This document shows positions 7,868 through 10,071 of a stretch of 10,071 nt of DNA, piece by piece (the first letter of the stretch is position 1; each line of letters opens with the position of its first letter). This stretch comes from a virus. Under the pieces are notes generated by a model. That model worked only from the letters and a program-made list of their open reading frames with translations. It was not told the DNA's origin and made no database searches. Both the position numbers and the translations under genes were made by a program. The DNA lies in the UHGV virus genome UHGV-1548554. One strand, given 5' to 3'.

Positions 7868-9596
7868 CCCCGTCCATATTGTCGAGAATCATCGACGATA
7901 CAAGGTCGTGCTTCGGCGTTCCTGGTGGGATAAGTGCCAGCATGGAAAGTAACGACTTAACCGTTGCATCACGGCGAGTAGCGAACGACTGACCGACATC
8001 GACAGTCACTTCATAGTTACCCTGCGAAAGGTCGTTAAGCGCGATAACCTGCCCTGTCTGACGGTCAACCACTTCACCAGTCATCAGCGCCACGTCATCG
8101 CTGCCGTCCTCATTAACGATGCGCATTGGCGTATCGCTGCCATAGACCTCACGCGCCATAGAAAGCCACACGACGCCAGCACGGCGCATGGATTTAGCCA
8201 TGTTGTCCATGTAGATATAGGACTGCGTGTCCATCCGGTTAAAGATGCTATCAACGGTATCGGTAGCGACGTTGCTCGGCATGTTCTCAAGCTGCGACGC
8301 ACCTGTAATTTGCTGAATAGCCGTTCCGGTGTACTGCAATAGCCCGGCAAGAGCAGGAGGCATTTGTGTCGGAGGTGTCCAGCCAGCAACCTGAGCCTCT
8401 GAAATGACCGTTCCGTTTTTGTCCTTCTTGCTGGTCATGGGAAGAACTGCAGGTCTTTTCTTATTCCTCTCTGCCCAGTGATTCATTAATGGACCGGGAA
8501 TGAAATCAACATCCACGATAGGAATGCCATCACCGCCAGCCTGAGTAGCGTTATCTGCAATCATGGAAACCATCAGGTTCTCAAGACGCTGTGCATCCAT
8601 CGCTTTTGCTGCGTGGCCTTCGATTCGCTCCTGATTATCAACAAATGAACGACGCCCATATACCGGGATGAGAGGAATATGTTCACCCGGAATACGCTTC
8701 GGTTCTTCCAGCCATTCAGCGCCAGACAGAAGACCGCAATAAACGCGGCGCTTCTTCACCGTTCGCTCGCCAATCAGTTCGAATGCACCATCGGTCAGCT
8801 CGTCGACAATATCTTTGATTTGCTCTTCATCATAAATTGCCGTTTCTCCGCTAACAGGGTTGCGCCACGCCGTGAGCTTCACCTTCTCTATGCGAACTTC
8901 GTAGTAGCGTCCAACATAGATGGCATCAGGCGTTGACCAGTCATATTGAGTGCCAGTGTCATCACGAGAAAGACTTGCAGCGATGGAATCAGGGTATTCA
9001 GCTTCGAACGCTTTAGGCGTCATGGAGAACATTTCCATAGCCCACATAGCATCAGAGCGGTCATATTGCTTGCTGTCCTGATCGAAGAAGACGCATGTCG
9101 CTGGGTCGTAAACAGGAAGAAGGCTTATACGGCGTTGCTCGTTACTCGGATCCATTTCATCTTCGTAATCGGCACACATGCGGAAACAACCGAATCCGCC
9201 CGTTACAGCATCATCAAATGCGTTATCACACGCTTCGCCACCGGATGTTTCCTGATAGTCAGCGCGGAATTTGCCGTTCATCTTTTCGGCTAACGCTTCC
9301 GATGCCTTATCGTCCTTCGGCCTGAATTTAACGCTGATGCGATTCTGTCGATACTCGCCAATGATGCGATCACATTCACGGGCAATCTTATTCAGTTCAA
9401 AGCGCGGATAATGCTCAAACCTGCCTTCATCAAATGAGTAACCAGCGTTTGTGCTGCCTTCCCACTGTGCGCCGGACACCCGGACGAAACGTTGAGCCTC
9501 AATAATCTGCTCACGCATATCCTGCGTTGCTGACCAGGCATTATCAAAGTTGCACAGCACCTTGCGATGCCAGTCAGTCATCTTTTTTTCTGCCAT
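7797..9596 (-). CDS. Portal protein (P22 gp1 family), N-terminal 599-aa ORF; homology to portal ends ~22 codons before its stop
   Basis: Segments such as ...KKRRVYCGLLSG... and ...GEHIPLIPVYG... match conserved P22 portal motifs (RRRVY, GEHIPIVPVFG) as I recall them. ATG at 9596 lies 1 nt after the terminase stop (TGAtATG). Confidence 0.9.
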   Translation of the reverse strand: MAEKKMTDWHRKVLCNFDNAWSATQDMREQIIEAQRFVRVSGAQWEGSTNAGYSFDEGRFEHYPRFELNKIARECDRIIGEYRQNRISVKFRPKDDKASEALAEKMNGKFRADYQETSGGEACDNAFDDAVTGGFGCFRMCADYEDEMDPSNEQRRISLLPVYDPATCVFFDQDSKQYDRSDAMWAMEMFSMTPKAFEAEYPDSIAASLSRDDTGTQYDWSTPDAIYVGRYYEVRIEKVKLTAWRNPVSGETAIYDEEQIKDIVDELTDGAFELIGERTVKKRRVYCGLLSGAEWLEEPKRIPGEHIPLIPVYGRRSFVDNQERIEGHAAKAMDAQRLENLMVSMIADNATQAGGDGIPIVDVDFIPGPLMNHWAERNKKRPAVLPMTSKKDKNGTVISEAQVAGWTPPTQMPPALAGLLQYTGTAIQQITGASQLENMPSNVATDTVDSIFNRMDTQSYIYMDNMAKSMRRAGVVWLSMAREVYGSDTPMRIVNEDGSDDVALMTGEVVDRQTGQVIALNDLSQGNYEVTVDVGQSFATRRDATVKSLLSMLALIPPGTPKHDLVSSMILDNMDGDGRPERIQPQSVASVWRYQAENA

Positions 9597-9597
9597 A

Positions 9598-10071
9598 TCA
9601 ACCTACACCACAAGGAATTGAGTAACTGGAATAGTCGGGTTGCGCAGCCGACTCCGGGCAATGCATACACATCATCAGCGCATCAGCCAGGTTAGGAGAT
9701 GGAATACCGAGCTTCTGCTTCATTTCGACCTTAGTCATTAGCTCCAGCTTCCCGTTGTTATTGAATTTGCGCTGAATCTGCGTCAGTTCTGCAAACAGCT
9801 TCTCCAGCATCTTCTCGCCTATTGCTTCTTTGTCGAAACTCAGCATGTCGTCGGGGTCTGCATACTCACCGTGGACAACCGCCCGATATGTCAGATAAAG
9901 CCTGTCAGCCAGCGCGTAATAGAATTGCGCTCGCTTATTGCGGAACACATCACCAATAGTGCGAACGTTGTCGCCCTGTACGACTTCATCGGCCCATGCT
10001 CCGGCCTGATATGGTGCATCTTCATCGAATGGCGATTCGCTGCCCTTGAACATCGTGGCGGTGATTTTCTT
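9598..10071 (-). CDS. Terminase large subunit, C-terminal 157 codons (5' end beyond the right edge of the window)
   Basis: The reading frame is open from the window edge (rc of 10054..10071 = KKITAT, no stop) to TGA at 9600..9598. It sits immediately upstream of and co-directional with the portal gene, as in P22/Sf6. I do not recognise the sequence itself, so the call is by synteny. Confidence 0.72.
   Translation of the reverse strand, partial: KKITATMFKGSESPFDEDAPYQAGAWADEVVQGDNVRTIGDVFRNKRAQFYYALADRLYLTYRAVVHGEYADPDDMLSFDKEAIGEKMLEKLFAELTQIQRKFNNNGKLELMTKVEMKQKLGIPSPNLADALMMCMHCPESAAQPDYSSYSIPCGVG

Noticed and set aside
7860-7875. Programmed ribosomal frameshift in the portal gene
   Set aside because: No canonical slippery heptamer or downstream stimulatory structure is evident, and programmed frameshifting is not known for P22-family portals. 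A homopolymer indel (error or mutation) is more parsimonious. I keep this as an open alternative in the findings.
349-8389. Short minus-strand ORFs in alternative frames (349..651, 667..861, 1042..1233, 3832..4023, 6040..6231, 6613..6951, 7072..7281, 8084..8389)
   Set aside because: They are nested inside longer, recognisable genes (gp20-like, gp7-like, gp10-like, coat, scaffold, portal) in other frames and are most likely chance ORFs.
1879-9325. All plus-strand ORFs in the track (1879..2256, 2257..2604, 2899..3081, 4156..4374, 4869..5255, 5093..5416, 5331..5768, 5671..5877, 5931..6185, 6101..6388, 6366..6764, 6818..7150, 7433..7696, 7474..7659, 7724..7933, 8679..8936, 8946..9293, 9095..9325)
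   Set aside because: Each lies entirely antisense to a recognisable minus-strand structural gene. Their translations are low-complexity or Cys/Arg-rich, typical of shadow ORFs, and none has a convincing SD. The operon is uniformly minus-strand.
1-10071. Defence or anti-defence system, toxin-antitoxin pair, CRISPR array, tRNA, or IS element
   Set aside because: I looked for direct repeats with spacers, cloverleaf-like short GC-rich segments, inverted terminal repeats and divergently oriented small gene pairs. I found none; the window is fully occupied by a contiguous virion-assembly operon.

Overview
The whole window is one co-directional, minus-strand morphogenetic (late) operon of a P22-like podovirus, most likely a prophage or phage genome, with about 98% coding density. 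Reading in the direction of transcription (high to low coordinates) the genes are: large terminase C-terminal part (runs off the right edge), portal (split by a 1-nt frameshift), scaffolding protein, major coat protein, an intrinsic terminator, a small unknown ORF, gp4-like head-tail adaptor, gp10-like tail hub, gp26-like tail needle with a long C-terminal extension, gp14-like protein, gp7-like ejection protein, and the N-terminal 346 codons of a gp20-like ejection protein (runs off the left edge). Family assignments rest on my recollection of P22/Sf6 protein sequences and on gene order; no database search was run. I see no tRNA, CRISPR array, IS element, or defence or anti-defence cassette. 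The most notable anomaly is the portal frameshift, which maps to a C4/G4 homopolymer. All plus-strand ORFs in the track look like antisense shadows of the minus-strand genes.
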